This document shows, piece after piece, positions 46,772 to 57,237 of a stretch of 64,000 bases of DNA. Source of the DNA: an uncultured Pseudomonadota bacterium. GTDB lineage: Bacteria > Pseudomonadota > Alphaproteobacteria > JACZXZ01. A program made the translations under genes and the position numbers. Under the pieces are notes generated by a model. The model made no database searches. It saw nothing but the letters and a program-made list of their open reading frames with translations, and was not told the DNA's origin. The stretch covers positions 352,001 through 416,000 of the forward strand of contig CAVVLJ010000017.1 of NCBI GenBank assembly GCA_963749075.1. Reading direction: 5' to 3'. Position 1 is the stretch's first letter. Every line of letters starts with the position of its first letter.

Positions 46772-47380
46772 CTACCCCTCCGCCACCGCCACCCCGTAGC
46801 CTTCCGCGGCATCCTCGAGCCAGGTCCAGAGATGCTCGGCGAAGCTGCGCTGCACGTAGATGTCGTAACGCGGCTCGGGGTCGCGCTGGTGGAGGATGAC
46901 GGGCACCCGTGCTATGAGCGACTGGGCGACGTGGCCGGGCTGAAAGGCGCGCGGATGGAGGTCGAGCGAGCAGCCCTGGCTCAGCGCCTCGCGCGCGAAG
47001 GGGCCGGCGAGCGTGATCACGGCGCGCGCCTCGCTCACGTTGGTGACCGCGAACTGCTGGCCGGCAAGCTTCTCGATGAGGGCGCGCGCCAGGCTCTCGA
47101 CCTTGGCCTCGGGGGCGACGACGAGCCACTCGTCGGGGCCGAGCCAAAGCGCGCGCACGTCCTCCTTCTCGATCGCCCGGTTGGGCTCGAGCGGCAGCGC
47201 CGCCCCTAGTGCCGCCACGGCCGCCATGCGGAAGACGCCGTCGCCGCTGCCGCGCAAGACGAGCTGGCCCACGAAGCCCGCGTCGCCCAAGCGCACGCCG
47301 GCCGCGGCCGCCCCGGCATCGGCGCGCGCGGCGAGCTTGAGATGGGCAAGGGCGCTCTGGCGCAAATAGCGCTCAGCCAT
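46772..47380 (-). CDS. soxG: Sarcosine oxidase subunit gamma
   Basis: LWLGPDEWLV, GCSLDLHPRAF, RSFAEHLW.WL. Confidence 0.92.
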   Translation of the reverse strand: MAERYLRQSALAHLKLAARADAGAAAAGVRLGDAGFVGQLVLRGSGDGVFRMAAVAALGAALPLEPNRAIEKEDVRALWLGPDEWLVVAPEAKVESLARALIEKLAGQQFAVTNVSEARAVITLAGPFAREALSQGCSLDLHPRAFQPGHVAQSLIARVPVILHQRDPEPRYDIYVQRSFAEHLWTWLEDAAEGYGVAVAEG

Positions 47381-50300
47381 GGAGGCGGCTCCCCGATCTA
47401 TCGTAGAAGCGCGGGTCGACCACCTCGGCCTCGATCACGCGGCGGTCGGCGAGCGGCAAGCGCACGGTCTCGCCCATGCGCTTGCGCCCACCCGCAAGGA
47501 GGGCAAGGGCGATCGAGCGGCCGAGGATGGGGCTCGCATAGCTCGAGGTGACATGGCCGATCATCGCCATGGGCGGGCGCTTCTGCACCTCGGAGACGAT
47601 CTGGGCGCCCTCGGGCAGGACGAAGGCGGGATCGCGGGTCGAGAGACCTACGAGCTCCTTGCGCCCCTCGCGCGCGAGCTCGGGCCGCGCCATGCCGCGC
47701 TTGCCGATGAAGTCGGCCTTCTTCTGAGAGATGATCCAGCCCATGCCGAGATCGCGCGGTGTGGTGGTGCCGTCGGTTTCCTGGCCGACGATGACGTAGC
47801 CCTTCTCGGCGCGCAGCACGTGCATCGCCTCGGTGCCGAACGGTGCCAAGCCGAAGCGCGCGCCCGCGGTCATGCAGGCGGTCCAGAGGGCAGTGCCGTA
47901 GCTCGCCGGCACGTTGATCTCGAAGGTGAGCTCGCCCGTGAAGCTCACGCGGAAGACGCGCGCGGGAATGCCGGCGACGTGGCCGCTCCGCACGCTCATG
48001 TGCGGGAATACCTCGGGTGCCAGGTTCATGTCCGTGGTGAGCTCGGCCAGCAGGCGCCGCGCGTTCGGCCCGGCGATCGCCACCGTGGCCCAGGCCTCGG
48101 TGACCGAGACGCAATAGACGCGCCAGGCGAGGAACTCGCACTGCAGCCATTCCTCGAGCCAGGCGAGCACGCGCGCCGCGTTGCCGGTGGTGGTGGTCAT
48201 GAGGAAGTGGTTGGGCCCGAAACGCGTAGTCACTCCGTCGTCGATGACATAGCCCTGCTCGTCGCACATCAGGCCATAGCGCGAGCGGCCGATCTCGAGA
48301 TCGCCCCAGGCGTTGGTATAGACCATGTCGAGCAGCTTGACGGCGTCGGGACCCTGGATGTCGATCTTGCCCAGCGTCGAGGCATCGCCGATGCCGACGC
48401 TTTTGCGCACGGCGAGGCACTCGCGCGCGACCGCGTCCTCCATGCTCTCGCCGGGCCTCGGGTAGTACCAGGCGCGCTTCCATTGGCCGACGTTCTCGAA
48501 GGGGGCGCCGGCCGCCGCGTGCCAATGATGGATCGGCGTTCGGCGCACCGGATCGGCGAGATCGCCCAGATCGCGGCCGGCAAGTGCCCCTAAGCCGACC
48601 GGCGTATAGGGCGGACGGAAGGTGGTGGTGCCGACGCTCGCGATGCCGGCGCCGGTGTCATGGGCGAGGAGCGCCAGCGCATTGACGTTGGAGGTCTTGC
48701 CCTGGTCGGGGCCCATGCCGAGGGTGGTGTAGCGCTTGAGGTGCTCGACCGAGACGTAGCCCTCGCGCACGGCGAGCGCCACGTCGGCCGCCGTCACGTC
48801 GTTCTGATGATCGACGAAGTGCTTGGCGAGCCCGCGCTTCTCCTTGAGCGGCGGAACCAGCCAAAGGACGGCCGCCGGCTCCTCCTCCCGGGCTACGACC
48901 GCGGGCGGCAGATCGCCGTCCGCCGGCACGGCAAAGCCAGCGGCCTCCGCCGCGGCCGCACCGGCGCGCGCCCCCTCAGCCAAGCAGGCCGCAAGCGAAA
49001 AGCTGCCGTTCGCGGCGCCTGCGGACTCTTCGGCCTGCACCGAGGTGCCGGGCACGAAGATGCCGCGCACCTCGTCGTAGCGCAGCTTGCCGCGCGACTG
49101 GGAGAAGAGATGCACGCTCGGGTTCCAGCCGCCGGCAAGACAGAGGAGATCGCAGGCGATGCGCCGCGGCTCGCCGAGCAGCTTGGCGCCGCTGCCGTAG
49201 AGCGTCGCCACCTCGACCGCACGCACGCGGCGCCAGCCGTGCGCGCGCACCACTGCCTGGCCGGCGAGGATCTCGATATCCGCCTCGCGCGCCTCTGCGA
49301 CGAGCGCCTCGGCGGGCTTGCTCCGCGCGTCGACGATGGCCGCCACGTCGATGCCCGCCTCCTTGAGCTCGAAGGCGGCGTCATAGGCGCTGTCGTTCGT
49401 GGTGAAGACGACGGCCTTGCGCCCCGGCCGCACCGCGTAGCGATTGACGTAAGTCCGCGCGGCGGACGCCAGCATGATGCCGGGCAGGTCGTTGTCGGCG
49501 AAGACGAGCGGCCGCTCGATGGCGCCCGTGGCGAGGACGACGCGCGTCGCGCGCACGCGCCACAAGCGTTGCCGCGCGCCCGGAGCCTCGGGACCGAGAT
49601 GATCCGTGACGCGCTCGAGAAGGGCGAGGAAATTGTGGTCGTAATAGCCGAACACCGTGCTGCGCGGCAGGAGCCGCACCTCGGGCATCTCGCCGAGCTC
49701 GCGCAACGCTTCCGCCACCCAGGCGAGCGCGGGCTTGCCGGCGATCGCGGCCTTGGCGCCGAGAAGTGCGCCGCCGAACTCGCTCCCCTCGTCCGCGAGG
49801 ATCACCCGCGCGCCGCTGCGGCCGGCGGCGAGTGCGGCCATGAGGCCGGCCGGACCGCCGCCGGCTATGAGCACGTCGCAATGGGCGTTGCGCCGCTCGT
49901 AGCGCGCCGGATCCGCCTCGGCGGGCGCCTTGCCCATGCCCGCCATCTTGCGAATGATGGGTTCGGCAAAGCGCCAGACCGGCGGCGGCGACATGAAGGT
50001 CTTGTAGTAGAAGCCGGCGGGGAGGAGCGGCGCCGCAAGGCCGATGAGGCAGCCCAAGTCCACGTCGAGGCTGGGCCAGGCGTTCTGGCTCTCGGCCGCG
50101 AGGCCGTCATAGAGCTCGATCTGCGTCGCGCGCAAATTCGGCTCCGAGGTGCCGCGCTCGCCGAGCTGCACCAGCGCGTTGGGCTCCTCGGCACCCGCGC
50201 CGAAGATGCCGCGCGGACGATGGTACTTGAAGCTGCGGCCGACCAGCTTGACGCCGTTGGCGAGGAGTGCCGAGGCGAGCGTGTCGCCGGCAAAGCCCTC

Positions 50301-50387
50301 GAGCCTGCGGCCGTCGAAGCGGAAGCCGAGCGGCTTCGTGCGATCGATCCTGCCGCCGGTCGCCAGGCGCTCGCTCTGCCGGCTCAT
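47373..50387 (-). CDS. soxA: Sarcosine oxidase subunit alpha
   Basis: GDTLASALLANG..LVGRSFKYHRPRG, EHLKRYTTLGMG.DQGKTSN, TTTFRPPYTP, GcvT-like C-terminus. Confidence 0.96.
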   Translation of the reverse strand: MSRQSERLATGGRIDRTKPLGFRFDGRRLEGFAGDTLASALLANGVKLVGRSFKYHRPRGIFGAGAEEPNALVQLGERGTSEPNLRATQIELYDGLAAESQNAWPSLDVDLGCLIGLAAPLLPAGFYYKTFMSPPPVWRFAEPIIRKMAGMGKAPAEADPARYERRNAHCDVLIAGGGPAGLMAALAAGRSGARVILADEGSEFGGALLGAKAAIAGKPALAWVAEALRELGEMPEVRLLPRSTVFGYYDHNFLALLERVTDHLGPEAPGARQRLWRVRATRVVLATGAIERPLVFADNDLPGIMLASAARTYVNRYAVRPGRKAVVFTTNDSAYDAAFELKEAGIDVAAIVDARSKPAEALVAEAREADIEILAGQAVVRAHGWRRVRAVEVATLYGSGAKLLGEPRRIACDLLCLAGGWNPSVHLFSQSRGKLRYDEVRGIFVPGTSVQAEESAGAANGSFSLAACLAEGARAGAAAAEAAGFAVPADGDLPPAVVAREEEPAAVLWLVPPLKEKRGLAKHFVDHQNDVTAADVALAVREGYVSVEHLKRYTTLGMGPDQGKTSNVNALALLAHDTGAGIASVGTTTFRPPYTPVGLGALAGRDLGDLADPVRRTPIHHWHAAAGAPFENVGQWKRAWYYPRPGESMEDAVARECLAVRKSVGIGDASTLGKIDIQGPDAVKLLDMVYTNAWGDLEIGRSRYGLMCDEQGYVIDDGVTTRFGPNHFLMTTTTGNAARVLAWLEEWLQCEFLAWRVYCVSVTEAWATVAIAGPNARRLLAELTTDMNLAPEVFPHMSVRSGHVAGIPARVFRVSFTGELTFEINVPASYGTALWTACMTAGARFGLAPFGTEAMHVLRAEKGYVIVGQETDGTTTPRDLGMGWIISQKKADFIGKRGMARPELAREGRKELVGLSTRDPAFVLPEGAQIVSEVQKRPPMAMIGHVTSSYASPILGRSIALALLAGGRKRMGETVRLPLADRRVIEAEVVDPRFYDRSGSRLHG

Positions 50388-50680
50388 CCGCCTCCCCCCG
50401 GAGGCTCGCGCTCGGGCGCCGTCTCGTCCATGCGGTAGACGGCCTTGATCTCGTGGCTCACCGTGTCGCGCAGCATGTTGAACCAGCGCCGGCAGCCGTG
50501 GCGATGCACCCAGCGCTCGCGGTGCCAGCCCTTGGGATTGCTCCACATGTAGAGGTAGTCCGCCCACTCGGCGTCGCTCGTCTTAGCCGGATCGGCCGGG
50601 CGCGCGATGTGCGCTTCGCCGCCGCAGGCGAACTCGCTCTCCTCGCGCGGGCCGCACCATGGGCAAGGGATGAGATGCAT
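50384..50680 (-). CDS. soxD: Sarcosine oxidase subunit delta
   Basis: IPCPWCGPREESEF..GGEAHI.RP, H.HGCRRWFN..RDT. Confidence 0.95.
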   Translation of the reverse strand: MHLIPCPWCGPREESEFACGGEAHIARPADPAKTSDAEWADYLYMWSNPKGWHRERWVHRHGCRRWFNMLRDTVSHEIKAVYRMDETAPEREPPGGGG

Positions 50681-50693
50681 GCTCAGAGCCCTC

Positions 50694-51944
50694 TCAATGC
50701 GCGACGCCGGCCGAGCCGTGCTCGTCGAGGAGGCGTCCGCTCTCGAAGCGCTTGAGCGCGAAGGGTGCCGCCAGCGGATGTGGCTCATCCGTTGCTATCG
50801 TGTGGGCGAAGACGAAGCCCGAGCCGGGGATCGACTTGAAGCCGCCGGTGCCCCAACCGCAATTGAAATAGAGGCCGTCGATGGGCGTCTTGCCGATGAT
50901 CGGGCTGGCGTCCGGGCAGATGTCGACGATGCCGGCCCACTGCCGCATCATCCTCAAGCGGCTCACGATGGGAAAGAGCTCCTTCAAGGCCGCGAGCTGA
51001 GCCTCGATGACGTGGAAGCTGCCGCGCTGGGCGTAGGAGTTGTAGCCGTCGATGCCGGCGCCGAGCACGAGCTCGCCCCTGTCCGACTGGCTGACATAGA
51101 CGTGAACGGCGCCCGACATGACGACGCGGTGGAGGACAGGCTTGACCGGCTCGGTCACGAGTGCCTGGAGCGGGTGGCTCTGGATCGGCAGGCGGAAGCC
51201 CGCCATGGCGGCAAGCACGCTTGCATGTCCGGCCACCACCACGGCGACCTTCCCGGCCGCGATTGCGCCGCGCGTAGTCTCGAGGCCGCGGATGCGCCCC
51301 CCCTCGATGCGCAAGCCCGTCACCTCGCAGTTCTCGATGATCTCGACGCCGCGCGCGTCCGCCGCGCGCGCCAGGCCCCAGGCGACGGCGTCGTGCCGTG
51401 CGATGCCGCCGCGGCGCTGGAGCGAGGCGCCGAACACCGGATAGCGCGAAGCGGGCGAGCAATTGAGGATCGGGCAGTAGGCCTTGACCTGCTCTGTGGT
51501 CAGCATCTCGCCGTCGATGCCGTTCAACTGCATGGCGCTCACCAGCCGCTGCTGGGCACGCAGGTCGTGCGGGCTGTGCGCCAGCATCATGAGGCCGCGC
51601 TGGCTCAGCATGACGTTGAAGTTGAGCTCGCGGCTCAGCCCCTCGAAGAGCCTGAGCGACATCTCGTAGAGTGCCGCCGAATTGTCGTTGAGATAGTTGG
51701 AGCGCACGACCGTGGTATTGCGCCCGGTATTGCCGCCGCCGAGCCAGCCCTTCTCCAGCACGGCTACGTTGGCGACGCCGTGCTCCTTGGCGAGGTAATA
51801 GGCGGTGGCCAGGCCGTGCCCTCCGGCGCCCACGATCACCACGTCATAGGAGGGCTTCGGCTCCGGGCTGCGCCAAGCGCGCTGCCAGTCGGCATGGTCA
51901 TGGAGCGCATGGCGCGCCAGGCTGAAAATCGAGTAGCGCTGCAC
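50694..51944 (-). CDS. soxB: Sarcosine oxidase subunit beta
   Basis: [47 protein letters not shown] end. Confidence 0.96.
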   Translation of the reverse strand: MQRYSIFSLARHALHDHADWQRAWRSPEPKPSYDVVIVGAGGHGLATAYYLAKEHGVANVAVLEKGWLGGGNTGRNTTVVRSNYLNDNSAALYEMSLRLFEGLSRELNFNVMLSQRGLMMLAHSPHDLRAQQRLVSAMQLNGIDGEMLTTEQVKAYCPILNCSPASRYPVFGASLQRRGGIARHDAVAWGLARAADARGVEIIENCEVTGLRIEGGRIRGLETTRGAIAAGKVAVVVAGHASVLAAMAGFRLPIQSHPLQALVTEPVKPVLHRVVMSGAVHVYVSQSDRGELVLGAGIDGYNSYAQRGSFHVIEAQLAALKELFPIVSRLRMMRQWAGIVDICPDASPIIGKTPIDGLYFNCGWGTGGFKSIPGSGFVFAHTIATDEPHPLAAPFALKRFESGRLLDEHGSAGVAH

Positions 51945-52127
51945 CCGCGGACCCCGCTGATCGCGTCCCCCGAGCCGGGGCTGCGGCATTGTTGCATCGG
52001 CGCCTGGCGCCTACAACAGCGATCTCCCTCAGCGATCCGCTTCGCGGCTCGATCGCGCTTGCCGGCCTGAGTGGTGCCACGGATCGAGGGCCGGGGCGAG
52101 GGAGCGCCGCGCTCTTTCGCGGCTGCG

Positions 52128-53000
52128 TTACATGACTCCGCCGCCCTCGCTTTCGGCAAGCATGTAGCACTTAAGCTTCTCGAGCGCCCGGCACTCGATC
52201 TGGCGGACGCGCTCCTTGCTGATGCCGAGGCTGCCGCCGAGCCGCTCGAGCGTCGTCTCCTCGTCCTTGAGATGGCGCTCCTGGACGATGAGCCGCTCGC
52301 GCTCCGAGAGCCGGGCGAGCGCTTGGGCGAGCAGGCGCTCGCGCCGAGCCGCCTCGCCGCTGTCGATCGCGTCCTCCTCGGGCGACGGCCGCTCGTCGGC
52401 GAGAACGTCCTGCCAGGTCTCGTCGGCGTCGTCGCCGCGCGGCGCATTGAGCGAGAGATCGCGCGCGAAGAGCCGCGCCTCCATGGCCGAGACCTCGCGC
52501 GCGTCCACCGCGAGCTCGCGCGCGACGGCAAGCGTCCCCTCGTGGCCGAGGCGGCCCTCGCCCGGCTCGCCCAGGCGCGCGCTCAGGCGGCGAAGATTAT
52601 AGAAGAGGGTCTTCTGCGCAGCCGAGGTGCCGGTACGCACGATGGACCAATTGCGCAGCACGAAGTCCCGCATCGCGGCGCGCACCCACCACGTGGCGTA
52701 GGTCGAGAAGCGCGCGTCGTACGCGGCATCGAAGCGCCGCGCCGCCTGCATGAGGCCGAGGCTGCCTTCCTGGACGAGGTCGCCGAGCGGCAGTCCATAG
52801 CCGCGGAAGCGCGCAGCCAGGCTGACCACGAGCCGCAGGTGGCTGGTGATCAGCTCGTGGAGTGCCGTCTCGTCCCCAAGCTCGCTCCAGCGCTGCGCCA
52901 ATGCGGCCTCGCGCTCGCGGCTCAGCATGGGGGCCGCTCTCGAGGCCTCCACGAAACTGCGCTCGATGCTCTGCAGCGCCGGCCATTCCAAGCTTGCCAT
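52128..53000 (-). CDS. RNA polymerase sigma factor, RpoH (sigma32) paralog
   Basis: SHLRLVV..A..FRGYGLP..DLVQEG..GLM, RFSTYATWWVRA, LRNWSIVR.GT..AQK.LF.NLRR, SKERVRQIE. Confidence 0.9.
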   Translation of the reverse strand: MASLEWPALQSIERSFVEASRAAPMLSREREAALAQRWSELGDETALHELITSHLRLVVSLAARFRGYGLPLGDLVQEGSLGLMQAARRFDAAYDARFSTYATWWVRAAMRDFVLRNWSIVRTGTSAAQKTLFYNLRRLSARLGEPGEGRLGHEGTLAVARELAVDAREVSAMEARLFARDLSLNAPRGDDADETWQDVLADERPSPEEDAIDSGEAARRERLLAQALARLSERERLIVQERHLKDEETTLERLGGSLGISKERVRQIECRALEKLKCYMLAESEGGGVM

Positions 53001-53159
53001 CCTGCCTTCCGTTCGCCTCTGTCCCCGTAGAGTTACGTACGACCCCGGCGAGCGGCTCCGGCGCGGCAGGTCACATGTGCGTGAGGAGAACCGGGCGCCG
53101 GGCGGCGGGCCGCCCCGCGCCGAACGCGCAGGACCAACGCCGTCGAGCGCGGATCGACC

Positions 53160-53870
53160 TTAGAGAAGCCCCGGCGCCGGAGACGCCGGCTCTATGCAGA
53201 GTGGCTCGTCGAAGCGCGCGCTGTTGACCCTGGCCGAGACGGGATAGACCATCATCGCCTCGGCGGGATAGGGGCCGAGCAGCGCCAGCGCGTCCTTGGC
53301 CGCTGTCGCGGGGTCGAGCCAGCGCGCATAAGCCTCGGGCGCAAGGATGACCGGCATGCGTCCGTGGATCGGGCGCAAGAGTGCGTTGGCCTCCGTGGTC
53401 ACGATCGTGCACGACTTTACCGGAGGGCCGCCGGGCGCCTTGTCCCAGCGCTCCCACAGGCCGGCGAAGGCGAAAAGCGGCGGTGCCGCGGAAGCGCCGC
53501 CCTTGAGCACGATGCGATAGGGCTGCTTGCCGTGCGCCGTGGCCTGCCATTCGTAGAAGCCGTCCGCCGGCACGAGGCAGCGCCGCGCGCGGAAGGCGGC
53601 ACGGAAGGAGGGCTTCTCCGCCAGGCCTTCGGCGCGCGCGTTGATCAGCTTGGCGCCGATCGCCGGGTCCTTGGCCCAGAACGGCACCAGGCCCCAGCGC
53701 AGCGACACGAGCTCGCGCTCGCCGCTGCCGCCGTGGGCGGGCCGCACGGCGGGCACGAGCTGGGTGGGTGCGATGTTGTAGCGCGCCGGCAGATTGGGCA
53801 GCGGTCCCACGAAGCCGAAGAGCCGCCGCATCGCCTCCGCGGGCGTGGTGAGCGAATAGCGTCCGCACAT
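53160..53870 (-). CDS. SOS response-associated peptidase (SRAP/HMCES)
   Basis: MCGRY start, RYNIAPT, WGLVPFW, INARAE, RRCLVPADGFYEW, IHGRMPVIL. Confidence 0.95.
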   Translation of the reverse strand: MCGRYSLTTPAEAMRRLFGFVGPLPNLPARYNIAPTQLVPAVRPAHGGSGERELVSLRWGLVPFWAKDPAIGAKLINARAEGLAEKPSFRAAFRARRCLVPADGFYEWQATAHGKQPYRIVLKGGASAAPPLFAFAGLWERWDKAPGGPPVKSCTIVTTEANALLRPIHGRMPVILAPEAYARWLDPATAAKDALALLGPYPAEAMMVYPVSARVNSARFDEPLCIEPASPAPGLL

Positions 53871-53915
53871 GCCGCTCGATCCTATAGGGCAGGATGGGCG
53901 CGCAAAAGGCCTCGC

Positions 53916-55025
53916 CTAGACGCCGAGCCCCGCGAGGCGCACCGGCTGGCGCTTGCCGCCCCACTGGCCGGGCGCCGCCTCGAAGTGTCCGGCGCAACGC
54001 GCCCCGCAAGCGGCGCAGTGCCCGTCGGGCGTGAGGTTCCAGGCGCCGAGCTCGTACCAGTCGCGCGCGATGAGGAGGGTGCCGCAGCCGTGGCAATAAG
54101 TGCTTTGCCCCGCCGCGTCATGCACGTTCCCGGTATAGGCATAGCGGATGCCGCAAGCGTGCGCGATCTCGCGCGCGCGCGTGAGCGTAGCAGTCGGCGT
54201 GCTCGGGCGGTTGAGCATGCGCCAGTCGGGATGGAAGGCGGTGAAGTGGAGCGGCACGTCCGGCCCGAGCTTGTCGACGATCCAGCGGCACATCGCCTCG
54301 GTCTCCGCCGGGGCATCGTTCTCGCCCGGGATCATCAGGTTGGTGATCTCGAACCACACCGCGGTCTCGTGCTTCAAATAGACGAGCGTGTCGAGCACGG
54401 GTGCGAGCTCGCCCGAGCAGATACGCTTGTAGAACGCCTCGCTGAAGGCCTTGAGGTCGACGTTGGCCGCGTCCATATGGCGGTAGAACTCGGCGCGCGG
54501 CTCGGCGCATTGGTAGCCCGCGGTCACCGCCACCGCCTTGATCCCCTCGGCGCGGCAGGCGTCGGCCACGTCGATGGCGTATTCGTGGAAGATGACGGGA
54601 TCGTTGTAGGTGAAGGCGACGCTGCTGCAGCCGAGCGCCTTGGCGGCCGTCGCGATGCGCGCGGGCGAGGCGGCGTCGGCGAGGGTGTCCATCTCGCGCG
54701 ACTTCGAGATGTCCCAGTTCTGGCAGAAGCGGCAGGCGAGGTTGCAGCCCGCCGTGCCGAAGGAGAGCACGGGCGTGCCGGGAAGGAAGTGGTTGAGGGG
54801 CTTCTTCTCGATGGGATCGACGCAATAGCCCGACGAGCGGCCGTAGCTCGTCAGCACCATGCGGTCGCCCGCGCGGCCGCGCACGAAGCAGAGGCCGCGC
54901 TGGCCCTCCTGAAGCTTGCAGGCGCGCGGGCAGAGATCGCACGCGATACGGCCGTCCGCAAGGCGGTGCCAATAGCGCGCGGCCGTGCCCTCGATTGGCG
55001 CACTCGCCTGGTCGTGTTCGCTCAT
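53916..55025 (-). CDS. AmmeMemoRadiSam system radical SAM enzyme
   Basis: CDLCPRAC, DPIEKKPLNHF.PG, GCNLACRFCQNW, N VDLKAF, CHGC and CAAC. Confidence 0.92.
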   Translation of the reverse strand: MSEHDQASAPIEGTAARYWHRLADGRIACDLCPRACKLQEGQRGLCFVRGRAGDRMVLTSYGRSSGYCVDPIEKKPLNHFLPGTPVLSFGTAGCNLACRFCQNWDISKSREMDTLADAASPARIATAAKALGCSSVAFTYNDPVIFHEYAIDVADACRAEGIKAVAVTAGYQCAEPRAEFYRHMDAANVDLKAFSEAFYKRICSGELAPVLDTLVYLKHETAVWFEITNLMIPGENDAPAETEAMCRWIVDKLGPDVPLHFTAFHPDWRMLNRPSTPTATLTRAREIAHACGIRYAYTGNVHDAAGQSTYCHGCGTLLIARDWYELGAWNLTPDGHCAACGARCAGHFEAAPGQWGGKRQPVRLAGLGV

Positions 55026-55153
55026 GATCCGAATAGTGGCCGCTCCAGCTCTTCCGGCGGCGCCGGGGAATACTATATCAATGGTTGCGGGCGATATTGC
55101 GCTAATATGGGGCGGCACTTGCGCCTCCGCAATACGGTCCGCCCGCAGCAACG

Positions 55154-55951
55154 ATGGAGGACGGGAGGATGGCCGTGCGTCCGCCGGCGGTGGCCGGTCT
55201 CTTCTATCCCGCCGAAGCGCGCGAGCTCGCCCGCGCGGTCGAGGGTTATCTGGCCGCCGCAGCCCCGGAGGGCGCTCCGCCCGCGGCCGTGGTGGTGCCC
55301 CACGCCGGCTTCGTCTATTCCGGGCCGGTCGCGGCCGCCGCCTATGCCCGGCTGCGGCCGCTCAAGGGCCGCCTCAAGCGCGTGGTGCTGGTCGGCCCGG
55401 CGCACCGCATGGCGATCCGCGGCCTCGCGGTGCCCGGCGTCGATGCCTTCGCAACACCCCTCGGCCCCGTCCCCTTGGACCGCGCGGCCATCGCCCGCAT
55501 CGCGGCACTGCCGCAGCTCGCCGTGAGCGACGAGCCGCACCGCCTCGAGCACTGCCTGGAGGTCCAGCTCCCCTTCATCATCGCGTGCCTGGGTGCCGTC
55601 CCGCTGGTGCCGCTCGTGGTGGGGGACGCCACGGCCGAGGAGGTGGCGGAAGTCATCGAGATGCTGTGGGACGGACCCGAGACGCTGGTCGTGATCAGCT
55701 CTGACCTCAGCCACTATCACGATTACGAGACGGCGCGCCGCATGGACAGGGCGACCTCCGCGGCGATCGAGGCGCTCGACGAGCGGCGCATCGGCTGGGA
55801 GGATGCCTGCGGCCGGCTGCCGATCGCCGGCCTGCTGCGCCTTGCGCGCAAGCGCGGCCTCAAGGCGGAGACGGTCGATCTGCGCAACTCGGGCGACACG
55901 GCAGGACCGCGCGACGAGGTCGTCGGCTATGGCGCTTATGTCTTCGCCTGA
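55154..55951 (+). CDS. AmmeMemoRadiSam system protein B (Memo-like)
   Basis: RPPAVAGLFYP, PHAGFVYSG, EHCLEVQLPF, ISSDLSHY, ACG, VVGY. Confidence 0.93.
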   Translation: MEDGRMAVRPPAVAGLFYPAEARELARAVEGYLAAAAPEGAPPAAVVVPHAGFVYSGPVAAAAYARLRPLKGRLKRVVLVGPAHRMAIRGLAVPGVDAFATPLGPVPLDRAAIARIAALPQLAVSDEPHRLEHCLEVQLPFIIACLGAVPLVPLVVGDATAEEVAEVIEMLWDGPETLVVISSDLSHYHDYETARRMDRATSAAIEALDERRIGWEDACGRLPIAGLLRLARKRGLKAETVDLRNSGDTAGPRDEVVGYGAYVFA

Positions 55952-56555
55952 GCTCGCGGCACCCACGCGCGAGGCGCCCGGCGACGCCGCCCTCTTGGCA
56001 CGCCACGGCGGGCGGCTCCTGGCGCTGGCGCGGGCGAGCATCGCCTGGCGCCTCGAGAGGGGGATGCCCTTGCCATGCGACGCGGACGCGCATCCGCCCG
56101 AGCTCAGGGCCGCGCGCGCCGTCTTCGTGACGCTCACCGCCGCGGGCCGCCTGCGCGGCTGCGTCGGCACCCCCGCCGCCTGGCGCCCCCTCGTCGAGGA
56201 CGTGGCGGACAACGCCGCCGCCGCGGCACTCGAGGACATGCGCTTCCCGCCCTTGGCCGCGGGCGAGCTCGGCGGCGTCGCCATCGCCCTCTCGCTGCTC
56301 TCGCCGGCCGAGCCGCTCAGGGCCGAGAGCGAGGAGGCGCTGCTTGCCCTGCTGATACCCGGCATTCATGGCCTCATCCTCCACGCTGGCGAAGCGAGGG
56401 CGCTCTTCCTCCCGCAAGTGTGGCGGCATCTGCCGCGCCCGCGCGACTTCCTCGCCGAGCTCAAGGCCAAGGCCGGGCTCGCCAAGGACCGCTGGTCGCC
56501 GGCCTTCGCCTTTCAGCGCTTCACGAGCGCATCGGTGGCCGAGCCGGGGGCGTAG
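55938..56555 (+). CDS. AmmeMemoRadiSam system protein A (AMMECR1)
   Basis: AVFVTL...GRLRGCVG, AA.ED.RFPPL, ALFLPQVW, LKAKAG. Confidence 0.92.
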   Translation: MSSPELAAPTREAPGDAALLARHGGRLLALARASIAWRLERGMPLPCDADAHPPELRAARAVFVTLTAAGRLRGCVGTPAAWRPLVEDVADNAAAAALEDMRFPPLAAGELGGVAIALSLLSPAEPLRAESEEALLALLIPGIHGLILHAGEARALFLPQVWRHLPRPRDFLAELKAKAGLAKDRWSPAFAFQRFTSASVAEPGA

Positions 56556-56634
56556 CAGCGCGGCGCACGCGGCGCTTTACATCCCGGCCGCTTCTCCGCA
56601 GAGTTCGGCCATCGCCACAAGCGGGCAGGACCGC

Positions 56635-57237
56635 ATGACCCCTCCCAAGACCTTGCTGCAAATGGCCGGCGTCGCAGCACTGCCGAGCCATCTCGCGGAC
56701 GCGGCCCTCATCCTCATCGACTGCCAGCGCGAATACGTCGACGGCCGCCTGCCGCTGCCCCGCGTCGGGCCGGCGCTTGCCGAGGCCGGCCGCGTGCTGG
56801 AGCTCGCAAGGAAGCGCGGGGGCGGCGCCGTCATCCACGTGGTGCACCATGGCGCTGCGGGCGGCCTCTTCGATCCCAAGGGCACCTTCGCCGAGATTGC
56901 CGATCCCGTGCGGCCGCAAGCCGGCGAGGCGGTGGTGATCAAGAGCAAGCCCAATGCCTTCGCCGGCACCGACCTCGACGCGCGGCTCAAGGCGCTCGGC
57001 AAGACGGAGCTCATCGTGGTCGGCTTCATGACCCATATGTGCGTGAGCTCGACGGTGCGCGCCGCACTCGACCTCGGCTATCGCTCGACCGTGGTGGCGC
57101 GGGCCATAGCCACGCGCGCCCTCCCCGACGGCAGCGGCGGCGTGATCGATGCCGAGACGCTGCACCGCGCCGAGCTCGCCGGCCTTGCCGACCGCTTCGC
57201 GACCGTGGTCGACGACGCGAGCGCATGGGGCGCCTGA
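56635..57237 (+). CDS. Cysteine hydrolase (isochorismatase family)
   Basis: ALILIDCQ, K.KPNAFAGTDL, GFMTHMCVSSTVRAA. Confidence 0.92.
   Translation: MTPPKTLLQMAGVAALPSHLADAALILIDCQREYVDGRLPLPRVGPALAEAGRVLELARKRGGGAVIHVVHHGAAGGLFDPKGTFAEIADPVRPQAGEAVVIKSKPNAFAGTDLDARLKALGKTELIVVGFMTHMCVSSTVRAALDLGYRSTVVARAIATRALPDGSGGVIDAETLHRAELAGLADRFATVVDDASAWGA

Noticed and set aside
46772-51944. soxBDAG as part of the sulfur-oxidation locus
   Set aside because: These are sarcosine oxidase subunits; the shared 'sox' name is coincidental
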